IMG/VR virus record: IMGVR_UViG_3300028215_000034
Reading direction: 5' to 3' (one strand)
From: an uncultured virus (IMG/VR IMGVR_UViG_3300028215_000034)
Taxonomy: Duplodnaviria > Heunggongvirae > Uroviricota > Caudoviricetes > Schitoviridae
Length of the DNA stretch: 64,000 bases
Part shown: one piece after another, positions 30,279-39,476 of the stretch
Layout of the letters: the number at the start of each line of letters is the position of its first letter
Position numbering within the stretch: the stretch's first letter is position 1
Translations under genes and position numbers: made by a program
The notes under the pieces: generated by a model
Seen by the model: only the letters and a program-made list of their open reading frames with translations
What the model was told of the DNA's origin: nothing
The model's database searches: none

Positions 30279-32447
30279 TTAACTACCTCTATTTAAGTAA
30301 CTTTTTAATTCTTTACGGTCTTCATCCTGTTTATCCAGTTCGTGATCCAGTAGTTTTAGTTTTCCCTGGCTACGGGCCTGTTCACCACTCTTCTGTAAAT
30401 CACGTTCTTGGGTAACACCGGATTCCTGCTCGACGTAATCAAGATTCTTTTTATCGGTATCACTTTGTAGGTTCTCTGCCTTAGCACCGGTTTCCTGGGC
30501 TTTGCTCATATCAAGCCGAGCTTCGGCATTGTTTTCAACTGCCTTAGATTTTGTTTCTTCGATCTGAGCGCGTAACAGTTCAATCTCAAGTTTCTGCTTC
30601 TCTTCTTCAAAGGGATCAGGCTTGGGCTCGTACTCTTCGAGTTCTTTAACCAGGTCTGGCATTTTGCGAAGGCGGGCAATGTTGATCAGGATCTTGAGCA
30701 CGATGCTGAAGTCCACTTTATTGCCCAGGGTTTGTAGCATGAAGGCCATCTCTTTGGCCTTGTTGTCATCTTCCTCAGCGGTTGAGATCGACAGCTTCAG
30801 GTCGTACTCTCCGGCCAAGTCATCACGACGAATAGCAACAAACTCATCGTTGGTAATTCGTACAACCTCTTCCTCGTCCAGGAACTCGGCATTCATGCTG
30901 ATGAACTTGCGACCAATTTCAACGATGCCGGCAGACAGGCGCCGTAGAATGCCCAACTCACGCTTGGAAGCGGCGTCCAAAGCACCGCGTACACCGGCCG
31001 CTACATCGCCCATGGCCTCGCCTGAAACGCCCTGACTGAACGACTGGACGCCTGTGAGAGAGTCAGCTTCCTGGTTCTGCTGCTGCAACATGAACTGTGC
31101 AGAGTTGGGAATCTCCGGGTAGGTGTGCATGAACATACCCAGCCGTGGATCAACGTTGCCGTTGTACTCATAGTCTTGGCCGTTGCGGAATCGGCGCTTG
31201 TTAACCGCATCCAGAGCGTCCTTACGGGTACCAACCTGACCGTTGGCAGAGCGACCCATAATGTCGATCATGCCTCTCATGGTGGCGCCCAGAATCTTCT
31301 GGTTGTCTTCCAACAGGGCACCGTCCGGCTCGCCGTGGATCGCTTTACGTTTTGGTAGGTATTGAACAATGACAAACGGCAGCTTCTGGTCCGGGAAGGG
31401 GTTCTCCTCCATACGGATCATCGTGTCGCCTACCCAGGCAGCCACAATCGGCTTGACGATGCCCGAGCCATCAATGTCCCAGAAGCCCCAGTATTCGTGG
31501 ACCACCATCTTTTGGCGGGGCTTGTCGGCAAAGGTGAAGTTGCTTTCGTTATCTGTGGCATGGTCTGACTGAGCCAGGGGTGATGCGTTGCTCACAACAA
31601 TCCTGTCCAGGTTTTTGTATTTACCGTCTTTTTTCAGTTGCGAAAGCGACGACTCAAAGCTGTAGATAACAAAGCCCGCTTTATCGATGTCACCGTTACA
31701 AGTGGGATCGATAATCACATTGCGGAAGTCGCAGACTTCCGCTGTTGGGTAGTTCTTCAAAGTACGGGTCAGCTCTTTTTTGCTTGAGCCAACAAGAACA
31801 GCCTGAATGGGTTCCCCAGAAGCTATCGCCGTTTCATGGGCTTCTTGCAGTTCGTCCGGGACTTCAGAATAGTACTCACCCGGGTTTTCCTTTTTCATCT
31901 GAGCCAATTCTGCGTGTAATGGCGCATACTCAGGATTAACCACAAACTCGTAGTCGTCAGTTACTTCTTCGTATTTTTCTTCTTCAAATTCCCAACCAAC
32001 ACGACAAATAATCGTACCTTCGTCAACACCGGTACGTACATACTCATCGATGAATTTTACTTTCTTCATACGAGTATTAAATTGATTGTTAAGTAGCAAC
32101 TGATTTTGAATTGAACCTGCTTTATCTTCCCAAGTAACGGGGGAAACCTGAAACATTTCTGCTGTACTTAGGAATGGCTCAGACAATGCAGCGTAGCGCC
32201 ACTCAGCTTGTTTACGAATGAGCTTTGGTACAACTTTAGATCGGCCCTCTGCTGTTTTAACTTTAGCTTTGCCTGTGATATTCAGGTTATCCAAATAACC
32301 GTCTACAGTGCTGACTTGGGTATCATGATCATTACGGGATTCAGTCAGATCCTGTTTAAGCTCTAACAAAGTGGGTTCTTTTTCCCATTTAGTAAGCGAT
32401 GGCGTTTCTACTTCATCGTCTTTAGTATACTGTTCAGCTTCATTCAT
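30279..32447 (-). CDS. Portal protein (N4 gp59 homolog)
   Basis: GRSKVVPKLIRKQAEWRYAALSEPFLS, EYWG, GRSANGQ, DAASKRE. 722 aa. Confidence 0.93.
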   Translation of the reverse strand: MNEAEQYTKDDEVETPSLTKWEKEPTLLELKQDLTESRNDHDTQVSTVDGYLDNLNITGKAKVKTAEGRSKVVPKLIRKQAEWRYAALSEPFLSTAEMFQVSPVTWEDKAGSIQNQLLLNNQFNTRMKKVKFIDEYVRTGVDEGTIICRVGWEFEEEKYEEVTDDYEFVVNPEYAPLHAELAQMKKENPGEYYSEVPDELQEAHETAIASGEPIQAVLVGSSKKELTRTLKNYPTAEVCDFRNVIIDPTCNGDIDKAGFVIYSFESSLSQLKKDGKYKNLDRIVVSNASPLAQSDHATDNESNFTFADKPRQKMVVHEYWGFWDIDGSGIVKPIVAAWVGDTMIRMEENPFPDQKLPFVIVQYLPKRKAIHGEPDGALLEDNQKILGATMRGMIDIMGRSANGQVGTRKDALDAVNKRRFRNGQDYEYNGNVDPRLGMFMHTYPEIPNSAQFMLQQQNQEADSLTGVQSFSQGVSGEAMGDVAAGVRGALDAASKRELGILRRLSAGIVEIGRKFISMNAEFLDEEEVVRITNDEFVAIRRDDLAGEYDLKLSISTAEEDDNKAKEMAFMLQTLGNKVDFSIVLKILINIARLRKMPDLVKELEEYEPKPDPFEEEKQKLEIELLRAQIEETKSKAVENNAEARLDMSKAQETGAKAENLQSDTDKKNLDYVEQESGVTQERDLQKSGEQARSQGKLKLLDHELDKQDEDRKELKSYLNRGS

Positions 32448-32512
32448 AAGTGGGCAGCCAAGGTCATGTACAATTCAGTACATGGTATGTATTTAAAATA
32501 AGGAATTCACAA

Positions 32513-32941
32513 ATGAATATTAAGCCATTACATGAAGGCTTTAAATGCCCCACTAAAGGATCAGATAAATCAGGTGGGTATGATTTATATATGCCCGAAG
32601 GTGGTGAGGTTTATCACTACATTGAAATAGGCTTAAAAGTCGGACTGGGTTTTGCCGCAGAAATCCCTGAAGGTTATGTTGGTCTCATCCTGCCCCGCTC
32701 AGGTAAAGGCGTGAACCACGGTCTTGAGCTGAACAATACAGCAGGTGTTATCGACGCGGATTACCGTGGTGAATGGGTGGTCTCCATGCGTATGAAGGAT
32801 CAAGGTAGTCTTCGTTGGAAAGCCGGTGACAGACTTTATCAAGTATTAATCGTGCCAGTTGCATCGTTGGATATGCAAGTTGTCGAAGAACTGGATGATA
32901 CTAACCGTGGCCATGCAGGCTTGGGTTCAACAGGAGAGTAA
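32513..32941 (+). CDS. dut: Trimeric dUTPase
   Basis: All five motifs present: SGGYDL, PRSG, GVIDADYRGE, GDRLYQ, RGHAGLGSTG. ATG at 32513 follows an AGGA RBS. Confidence 0.93.
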   Translation: MNIKPLHEGFKCPTKGSDKSGGYDLYMPEGGEVYHYIEIGLKVGLGFAAEIPEGYVGLILPRSGKGVNHGLELNNTAGVIDADYRGEWVVSMRMKDQGSLRWKAGDRLYQVLIVPVASLDMQVVEELDDTNRGHAGLGSTGE

Positions 32942-32943
32942 GT

Positions 32944-33180
32944 ATGGAAGGTTTTATAGACTATGAAAGCCGCCCGATCACACGATCGGCTTATAAAGTG
33001 AAAGCCAACGATGCAATCAGTCATCTTGGAGATTCCTGTTTTTGTATTAAGGTCGCGCACAAAGATGTGTTCTTTAAGGCGCATGAGACAGTGTTCCCTG
33101 GGGATTTCATAATCCACAATACGGATGATGATATTTATCACTGCCGTCAAGCCATTTTTCATGAAAGGAACATTGTGTAA
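32944..33180 (+). CDS. Hypothetical protein (PGDF-I...YHC...IF.ERN motif)
   Basis: GGAG RBS, co-oriented with dut. Confidence 0.7.
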   Translation: MEGFIDYESRPITRSAYKVKANDAISHLGDSCFCIKVAHKDVFFKAHETVFPGDFIIHNTDDDIYHCRQAIFHERNIV

Positions 33181-33211
33181 GGGTCTGGCCCCTAGCGGGG
33201 CCATCCCCACT

Positions 33212-33946
33212 TTAAACCCAGCCGTTACTACTAAACTGGCCCCCATGTCCGGTTTCACTTAAACCAAAACCTTCATTCAATAGTTGCTTACACGATGCCT
33301 CATACTTGGCAGCGTAGTTGTTGCCAGCATGGAAGGTCTCGCTCATACCAATCGGATTCAATACACGGCTGGCGATATAATAAAGCAGTGGCTCCAGGTG
33401 TGTTTCAGGAAGGTCCACCTCTACCATATTAGCTGGATCTGCCAGATCTAACATACCTAACGCTTTGGGATTAGGCCGATAAATTACTGATAACGTGTCA
33501 TTATTATCTAGTACATGCTTGTATCCCTCAATTCTACGAGGCAAAACCAACGTATTGAAGCTGGTGGTCTTCAGTGACTGTACCCGATTAGAACTGTTCA
33601 AGGAAAGATCATTACCCATCTCATCCGTCACCGCTTCAATCTGCATAACCGTATTGACAAAGGGATCATCCAGATCTGCAATGTACTTTACCGGTTCTGT
33701 GGACGTGGTGTTACTGGCTGCAAACTTCCTGTTCAGTACGTACTTGAATTTGTCTGGTTGCAAAGTAAGTACCAATGAATTTTCCTGGAACACGAAGCGT
33801 TTATGCAGCGCGGCCAAGCCCATATTAACGTGTGTAACCAAAGCCTTTTTATTCTCCTCGGTAATTTCACCGTCCACACGTTCAGTCAAGGCAATTTGAG
33901 CCAGTTCCCCTACTTCTAGTTGATCCAGTACACTACTTAACAGCAT
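33212..33946 (-). CDS. Head-tail adaptor-like virion protein (N4 gp67 homolog)
   Basis: N.GL.ALHKRF, LP..HLEPLLYYIASR, KYEASC and C-terminal F..NGWV. Follows terminase. Confidence 0.85.
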   Translation of the reverse strand: MLLSSVLDQLEVGELAQIALTERVDGEITEENKKALVTHVNMGLAALHKRFVFQENSLVLTLQPDKFKYVLNRKFAASNTTSTEPVKYIADLDDPFVNTVMQIEAVTDEMGNDLSLNSSNRVQSLKTTSFNTLVLPRRIEGYKHVLDNNDTLSVIYRPNPKALGMLDLADPANMVEVDLPETHLEPLLYYIASRVLNPIGMSETFHAGNNYAAKYEASCKQLLNEGFGLSETGHGGQFSSNGWV

Positions 33947-33959
33947 ATTTATTACCTCA

Positions 33960-35573
33960 TTAAACTACGTATGAGTCCATTGGACTCCCGGTATCGTCGT
34001 CTTCATCCAGCTCCCAAATGCCGGTCTTGTCGTCTTTAACTAGATCTCCTTCTTCTGTTGGACGCCACGGAACCAGTGATGCCAGTTGGCTGATCGTATC
34101 GATGAAGTCATCTTTCTTGGATTTGAAGCCGGAACGTGAAGCCAAGCTAATCTCGTTCATGCACTCGCTTAGAGCAGGACCAGATCGCAACTCAATCGGG
34201 AAGAACATTTTGCGTGCCTTAAACCACGGCACCACGATGTTAAATCGAACCAGTTTATTGGTGACCGGCCGCAGGCCAGGGTCACCTTTGTTATTCTCAG
34301 AGGCCAAAGTGAAGTAGATATTCCGGGTCATCATCTCGCCCATGATCCAGGGTATAAAGCCACCCTGCTGTCCACTGACCTCGATGCCCACCGATTGTGG
34401 CCGGTACATTTGAGCCAGCCTGAACAGATCGTCCACGTTCTTATCCATGAGCTGACGCTTACAAACACCGTCCACCCACAACCAGTCACCGTTGTTGTTG
34501 TAGGCCCACACAGAGATTACTGAGAAGTCACTGGCTTCTTCTTTCGAGGTGGCAAAGTCAGTGGTGATGTAGAAATTGAACCGGTGCTTATTGTTCAGCA
34601 CGTTATTGTGGTTATACCAGGTGATGTCGTTATCCTGGATCAGCCGGTCCTCGGCACTCATGATCCGCAGCATCAGCTCTTGGTTGAAGGTATCAACCTT
34701 ACCTGTCTTGACTGCCATCTCGTATTGGGCTAACACGTAGTCAAAATCAAACCGGTCAGGCCATGAGCTTTTGAACTCCTCTCGGGTACAAGGAAAATGC
34801 TCACACACCGGGAAGACGTTGACTGACCAAGCGCCTGACTCCACCGCTTTATACAGGGGGTCTTTAGCGTTGAACGGCGTACCAGACCATATGATGATGT
34901 TCTTGGCCGGGTGCATGGCGAAGGTCACGGCTTTGTAGACGGTGTCCTCTACCGCCGCTATGACGGTCACAGAGCGTGCGTCTTCATCCGAGATAAGATC
35001 ATCCAGGATCGCCAACTGAGGTCGTGTACCCAACTCCTTGGCACCACGAACACCGGTCTTAGCGCCGTACCCTTTCACGATGAACACATGGCCATCGTCG
35101 TTATGGAATTCCCAACGGATGTCCGTGAACCGGGTAACCGGCACGTATTCTTGTAGGAAGTCTGAAGTATCCCAGCGGTACTCCAGGTTTTTCCTCATGT
35201 TCTTGACGCCGTTCTCTATCGAGTCCGACACGTAAAGAGCCAGATTAATCTTCCCAAACGTGGGCAACTCACCATACGTGGCGATGTACAAAAACAAATA
35301 CTCACCCATGACGGTGGTTTTAGCGATACCCCGGTGACACAGGTTAACGATCCGTGTTCCGCCCTCACTGATCGTATCCAGCATGTAGTAGTGAACCAGG
35401 GGCGTCTGGTTCTCTTCACCGTCTTCACCGTTGACCAACTTAATGAAGGTCACAAAATCCAGGGCAAAGTCACTGGGCATGTACCCTTCCAGTAAGCTGT
35501 AATCGATCTGGTTCAGGTAATCATCCACCCCCATTTCGAAAGCTTCAACGACTTCCTGCATCCCGGTACTCAC
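33960..35573 (-). CDS. terL: Terminase large subunit (N4 gp68 homolog)
   Basis: HRGIAKTT Walker A, ILDD Walker B, GTPFN, TTDFA nuclease motif, DDFID. Confidence 0.95.
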   Translation of the reverse strand: MSTGMQEVVEAFEMGVDDYLNQIDYSLLEGYMPSDFALDFVTFIKLVNGEDGEENQTPLVHYYMLDTISEGGTRIVNLCHRGIAKTTVMGEYLFLYIATYGELPTFGKINLALYVSDSIENGVKNMRKNLEYRWDTSDFLQEYVPVTRFTDIRWEFHNDDGHVFIVKGYGAKTGVRGAKELGTRPQLAILDDLISDEDARSVTVIAAVEDTVYKAVTFAMHPAKNIIIWSGTPFNAKDPLYKAVESGAWSVNVFPVCEHFPCTREEFKSSWPDRFDFDYVLAQYEMAVKTGKVDTFNQELMLRIMSAEDRLIQDNDITWYNHNNVLNNKHRFNFYITTDFATSKEEASDFSVISVWAYNNNGDWLWVDGVCKRQLMDKNVDDLFRLAQMYRPQSVGIEVSGQQGGFIPWIMGEMMTRNIYFTLASENNKGDPGLRPVTNKLVRFNIVVPWFKARKMFFPIELRSGPALSECMNEISLASRSGFKSKKDDFIDTISQLASLVPWRPTEEGDLVKDDKTGIWELDEDDDTGSPMDSYVV

Positions 35574-36265
35574 GTATCGGCCTCGCCACTGTCGTTATCC
35601 ACTGTTATCCGGGAGTGGGCGATCTCCTGGGCGCTCATGAATCCAGATTTGATGGCCTGCTTTTGCTGAGCCACCAAGTCCATGGTGGATTCCCTGAGAG
35701 CATCAATAGAGCTGTCGGGCTTCTGGGATACAGAGAGTTCAATCTTCTGAGACTCAGGCTGTTTGAGGTGGGTCAGGATCGAGTTAGCGGCATCACTGCG
35801 AACCTTCTCACTATTGGCGTCCGTCATCAGGACCGCCTGGGTATTCAAAGCCCGCTGATACATATCCTGGTTCAGTATCCAACACGGCGTCAGGGTCTGC
35901 TCAAGGATCAGATTAACCAGCTTAGACTTGTTGTAAGACGATACATAACTGGCCATGTCCTTGGACTCAACACCTCGGGCAGTCCAATCCTTAATCTTGT
36001 CTGGGAAGGTTGCAGAGAAAGCCGCAAAGTTCGTCTTGTCCATCAACTTCTGACTGACATACTTAACCGCATCCACATACGACGTAAGTTTGAACTTACC
36101 GTCCTTCATAACAGCGGTATAACTAATCAGGTTCTCACGATACTGTTCGTGCATATCTGGATCAGCAAGTAACAAATTAACCTTGTCGATCACTTCTTTA
36201 TTAATCGACTTCTTCAGTTTATCAGGTAATGCAGTTTTGAAATCATCAGACGATAAGGCGCTCAT
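35570..36265 (-). CDS. N4 gp69 homolog (possible small terminase)
   Basis: Y..AVKYVS, YNKSKLVN, A.SEKVRSDAANS.LTHLK.PE. Overlaps the terL start. Confidence 0.8.
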   Translation of the reverse strand: MSALSSDDFKTALPDKLKKSINKEVIDKVNLLLADPDMHEQYRENLISYTAVMKDGKFKLTSYVDAVKYVSQKLMDKTNFAAFSATFPDKIKDWTARGVESKDMASYVSSYNKSKLVNLILEQTLTPCWILNQDMYQRALNTQAVLMTDANSEKVRSDAANSILTHLKQPESQKIELSVSQKPDSSIDALRESTMDLVAQQKQAIKSGFMSAQEIAHSRITVDNDSGEADT

Positions 36266-36374
36266 GTGTACCCCATATAAAGTGCGTTACTATATCGGCT
36301 GACTATAAGTGAAGTAATTACGTAATGCAGCGAAAAGAAACCCCGAGCCATCAAATGAACCGGGGTCATTCCTA

Positions 36375-36830
36375 TTAAGGGTAAGACATCATAAAGGGTC
36401 GTATATCCAATACCCAATCGTTGTATTGATCCATGAGTCCCATAATCTCACGGAACGCTACCCGAGAATTCATAACAGACGGAGTATAAACACCCTGCTT
36501 ATTTCGGGTAATTTGGTAATCATTACCTGGTGCGATGCAGCCCTGAAGATCAGCCGGCCAATTACCAGGATGAAGCATTATGTACTCGCGCTTAGGCACA
36601 TCAAGTACTTCCCAGCCTTCTGTAAACTCACCACCGGTTGTTCGACTAACAACAGGTGAGTCACGTTTACCTAGGTAATAAAGTCCATCAGGAATGCAGG
36701 AAAAGAAGGCAGTGTTACTGCGCCAAGGTTTTTCGACTGTAAAGAACTGTTCCCCAGTAGGAAACAACAACTTGCTAAACGTACCCTCCGGGCCGTAATT
36801 AAAACGTGTTAACGTCAGATGGTTATTCAT
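36375..36830 (-). CDS. DUF5675-family protein (L,D-transpeptidase-like; candidate lytic enzyme)
   Basis: TVEKPW, SCIPDGLY, VPKREYIMLHPGN...GCIAPG. GGGGAG RBS. Confidence 0.75.
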   Translation of the reverse strand: MNNHLTLTRFNYGPEGTFSKLLFPTGEQFFTVEKPWRSNTAFFSCIPDGLYYLGKRDSPVVSRTTGGEFTEGWEVLDVPKREYIMLHPGNWPADLQGCIAPGNDYQITRNKQGVYTPSVMNSRVAFREIMGLMDQYNDWVLDIRPFMMSYP

Positions 36831-37107
36831 AACTCCCCACAATTAATAATGTTTACGAGAGTTACTTATAACAATAGGAAATTATTACTGTTGAATTATA
36901 ATAATTTTGTGAGGGAAAAAATAGACATCAGGTTTTTGTGGAAAATCTAATCTGGGTACGGGGTTAGTGCTGACACCCTGCAAGTTCAAAAACAAATACC
37001 ACCCCCCCCTATCGTTTCCTACCGATACCACGGGGACCACCTACCCACTACTACCCAGCTCACGCTGGCGTACTGAGTATATTCACTCATTACTCCGGAG
37101 TATTACC

Positions 37108-37287
37108 ATGTTCGCAATGTTCTCAACTATATTCGCAGCAATCAATGAGTTCTTCACAGGACTCAGCCACTTCATGGCAGCATTCTCTGCCTCCGGCAAG
37201 TATGCCGAAGAGGTCGTCACCCAGACGATCTTAGACGCTCGCCAAGAAGCCGAGCAAGCACGCAAGCTCAAGGAGCTACCCGAGTAA
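37108..37287 (+). CDS. First early gene, small amphipathic protein
   Basis: GGAG RBS before ATG 37108, MFAMFSTIFAAINEFF... Confidence 0.7.
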   Translation: MFAMFSTIFAAINEFFTGLSHFMAAFSASGKYAEEVVTQTILDARQEAEQARKLKELPE

Positions 37288-37294
37288 CCAACAT

Positions 37295-37325
37295 GGCTCG
37301 CCCTAACGGGCGGGCCTGTTTAATT
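37295..37325 (+). terminator. Stem-loop/terminator after first early gene
   Basis: GGCTCGCCC-TAAC-GGGCGGGCC then TGTTTAATT. Confidence 0.55.
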
Positions 37326-37438
37326 CACACAACACAACACCCATGAGTTAGGACCGTCAGGAAAGACACGACTGGCTTACGCTCAAGTTAGGACATTAAC
37401 AGGCAACTCAGCCTGTCACCTACACTTGGAGTAACACC

Positions 37439-37576
37439 ATGTACGAAGTATTCATTACTGAAGACACCAACAACCTCAATGTATACACCGTAAACACATA
37501 CGATGAAGCAATGGTTATTCAGGCTCAAGCTGACAGTGCAGGCTTTGAGTGTCATATACGTGACAACACAGAGTAA
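37439..37576 (+). CDS. Small early protein (45 aa, absent from the ORF track)
   Basis: TTGGAGT RBS then MYEVFITEDTNNLNVYTVNTYDEAMVIQAQADSAGFECHIRDNTE*. Confidence 0.65.
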   Translation: MYEVFITEDTNNLNVYTVNTYDEAMVIQAQADSAGFECHIRDNTE

Positions 37577-37780
37577 GTACATCGTACTGTAGATGTTGCA
37601 TATACTTGACAGTGTATGTTATAAAACATTTACAGTCCTTCACCCCGATATGGTTATGAATAACCCTCTTTGTATTCCTCCATCTTTCCAGTGTCGGAAC
37701 AAAGAACTTCCCTACCTTCTCTATCTTAATATACCTACAACACCACTCAGTCTACTAACACCCTATTAATGGAGTTACCT

Positions 37781-38017
37781 ATGAAACTCAACTTATGGCC
37801 TGTTAAGGGCATCAACGTCTATGACTTACCACCAACGTTAAGGGCTATGTTTCCTTATTACTCAGCCAATGAAGAGGATTGTGTACCACAGCATGAACAG
37901 GCTAGGCCTGATTCACATAGAGAGCTGAAGGCTGACGAGACAGACGAGAATACTACTTTCGTCCCTGTCTCCGACTATACAACTACTTCTAAAGTTCTCG
38001 ACTTTCCTAACCGTTAA
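37781..38017 (+). CDS. Early hypothetical protein
   Basis: TGGAGT RBS before ATG 37781. Confidence 0.6.
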   Translation: MKLNLWPVKGINVYDLPPTLRAMFPYYSANEEDCVPQHEQARPDSHRELKADETDENTTFVPVSDYTTTSKVLDFPNR

Positions 38018-38046
38018 CACAATACTGTGTTTACCCAATCCGATAC

Positions 38047-38173
38047 TTACCCCGATAATGTAACCATACAAGTATGAAGCACGCTAGTGAAACCATCATA
38101 CGGAGCACGCCACACGAAGTGTGGTGGTGTGAAGTATGGTGAGTGCGGAATACGGTGCATGGTTACTAGGTAA
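38047..38173 (+). other. Long irregular hairpin (structured DNA/RNA element)
   Basis: Nested stems GTAACCAT/ATGGTTAC, GTAT/ATAC, GCAC/GTGC, CATCATAC/GTATGGTG, apex CCACAC-GAA-GTGTGG. Confidence 0.7.
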
Positions 38174-38200
38174 CTAACAACTTTACACTTGGAGTTGTCT

Positions 38201-38377
38201 ATGAACCAATTACCTAATCTTAGTAGCTTCCCTTCACCTGAAGATGCAATGGAGTATGCCGACGATATGATCGTCATACATGGCATTAACTCAACCATTG
38301 GCGTTGATGCTGTTGCCTTATCCAATGCCGCTTACTCTGTACTTAAACGTCAGGCTTTACAGCTTGCTCACGCTTAA
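38201..38377 (+). CDS. Early hypothetical protein (paralog A)
   Basis: TTGGAGT RBS, similar to the next ORF. Confidence 0.7.
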   Translation: MNQLPNLSSFPSPEDAMEYADDMIVIHGINSTIGVDAVALSNAAYSVLKRQALQLAHA

Positions 38378-38421
38378 GTAATAGCAATTAAATACCTTGT
38401 TTCTTTCTTTGGAGTATTTAC

Positions 38422-38643
38422 ATGTCGCTTACAACTGCAAACTTCCCGTGTGTCACAGCCTTCCCAACAATGGACGCAGCAGCAGCGTTCGCAGATCAAG
38501 TGATAACAGTTCACGGCTTCAGTTCAGACTTGGGCGACCTAGCGGTTGACTTGTGGGATGAGGCTTTTGAGCTTCACCCTAACCGGTTCGACGACAACTG
38601 GAGTGACGCAGAGATGCGTGCAATGGACGGTGAATATGAGTAA
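38422..38643 (+). CDS. Early hypothetical protein (paralog B)
   Basis: TTGGAGT RBS, shares FP...A...AD..I..HG..S..G..AV.L with the previous ORF. Confidence 0.7.
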   Translation: MSLTTANFPCVTAFPTMDAAAAFADQVITVHGFSSDLGDLAVDLWDEAFELHPNRFDDNWSDAEMRAMDGEYE

Positions 38644-38685
38644 ACAGTGAGTCCTTCGGGACTCATTCATGATGAATTGAAACCA

Positions 38686-38999
38686 GGCACCTACGGGTGC
38701 CGATTACCTTGTTACCTTTTCCTCTGGAGTTTTACATGTCTATTAGTCTACTACTAAGCTGCAATGCCGTTCTTATCAATGGAATTCTTACCGTCAAAGC
38801 AGAAGATTTTAACCGTGCTGTAGGTACTGATTCAGTACCGTTTTTACTCGGTTACTTAGCTGGAAACCCGGCTGTGCACCACGACGCGCAGCCATATGAC
38901 AAGTTCAATATGGCTGTAGCCATTGCCCAGACTAAAGCCCTTGGTTGTTCAGCTTTAATATACGAAGCCTAACAATGAGCACTGGCACCTACGGGTGCC
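38686..38999 (+). repeat. 16-bp direct repeat of a hairpin GGCACC-TACG-GGTGCC (38686-38701 and 38984-38999)
   Basis: Two identical copies, each upstream of an early ORF. UNCG-type loop. Confidence 0.85.
38736..38972 (+). CDS. Early hypothetical protein
   Basis: TGGAGT RBS before ATG 38736. Confidence 0.65.
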   Translation: MSISLLLSCNAVLINGILTVKAEDFNRAVGTDSVPFLLGYLAGNPAVHHDAQPYDKFNMAVAIAQTKALGCSALIYEA

Positions 39000-39029
39000 T
39001 TTAATCCTTTAAAACTCTTGAGTATTCCT

Positions 39030-39248
39030 ATGCCTTTTCGTAAGCCTATTAAAAGTGATTTTGTTGACCATTACCCAATGGCCAAGCCTGTTGATTTACA
39101 CGATGCACACGTTGTTGAGTATGGTATTGAATCACAATGGAAAGCTCACAAAACAACCGTCACCATCAAAGGTGACGGTGAGTATACCTTCGCATCTAAA
39201 GAAGATGCGTTGCATTTCATAACAACGCTTGGGTATTCACCTGCTTAA
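39030..39248 (+). CDS. Early hypothetical protein
   Basis: TGAGT RBS-like site before ATG 39030. Confidence 0.6.
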   Translation: MPFRKPIKSDFVDHYPMAKPVDLHDAHVVEYGIESQWKAHKTTVTIKGDGEYTFASKEDALHFITTLGYSPA

Positions 39249-39261
39249 TTGGAGTACTTGT

Positions 39262-39459
39262 ATGGATTACAAAGAACAAGCAGTGGCACATGCCATTGCT
39301 AACGGATTTGATGAAGGCTTTGCCTCATCGTGTCCTCGGGCGTACTGGGACTCAGTACGTGGTGTTGCGGCTGCTGAGGCGAAAGCCTTGGCAGATAAAG
39401 CGGCGGATAGTCGCGCTTGTCAGCAGACCTTTGCTGACATCTGGCCTAGTGCCAGATAG
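39262..39459 (+). CDS. Early hypothetical protein
   Basis: TGGAGT RBS before ATG 39262. Confidence 0.6.
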   Translation: MDYKEQAVAHAIANGFDEGFASSCPRAYWDSVRGVAAAEAKALADKAADSRACQQTFADIWPSAR

Positions 39460-39476
39460 CCACGGGAGCCATTAAC

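Noticed and set aside
9317..36172. Numerous 60-190 aa antisense or alternate-frame ORFs within the late genes
   Set aside because: They are fully nested in well-supported conserved genes and lack RBSs or motifs.
37596..37636. Sigma-70 promoter at TTGACA (37606)
   Set aside because: No acceptable -10 hexamer at 16-18 nt spacing.
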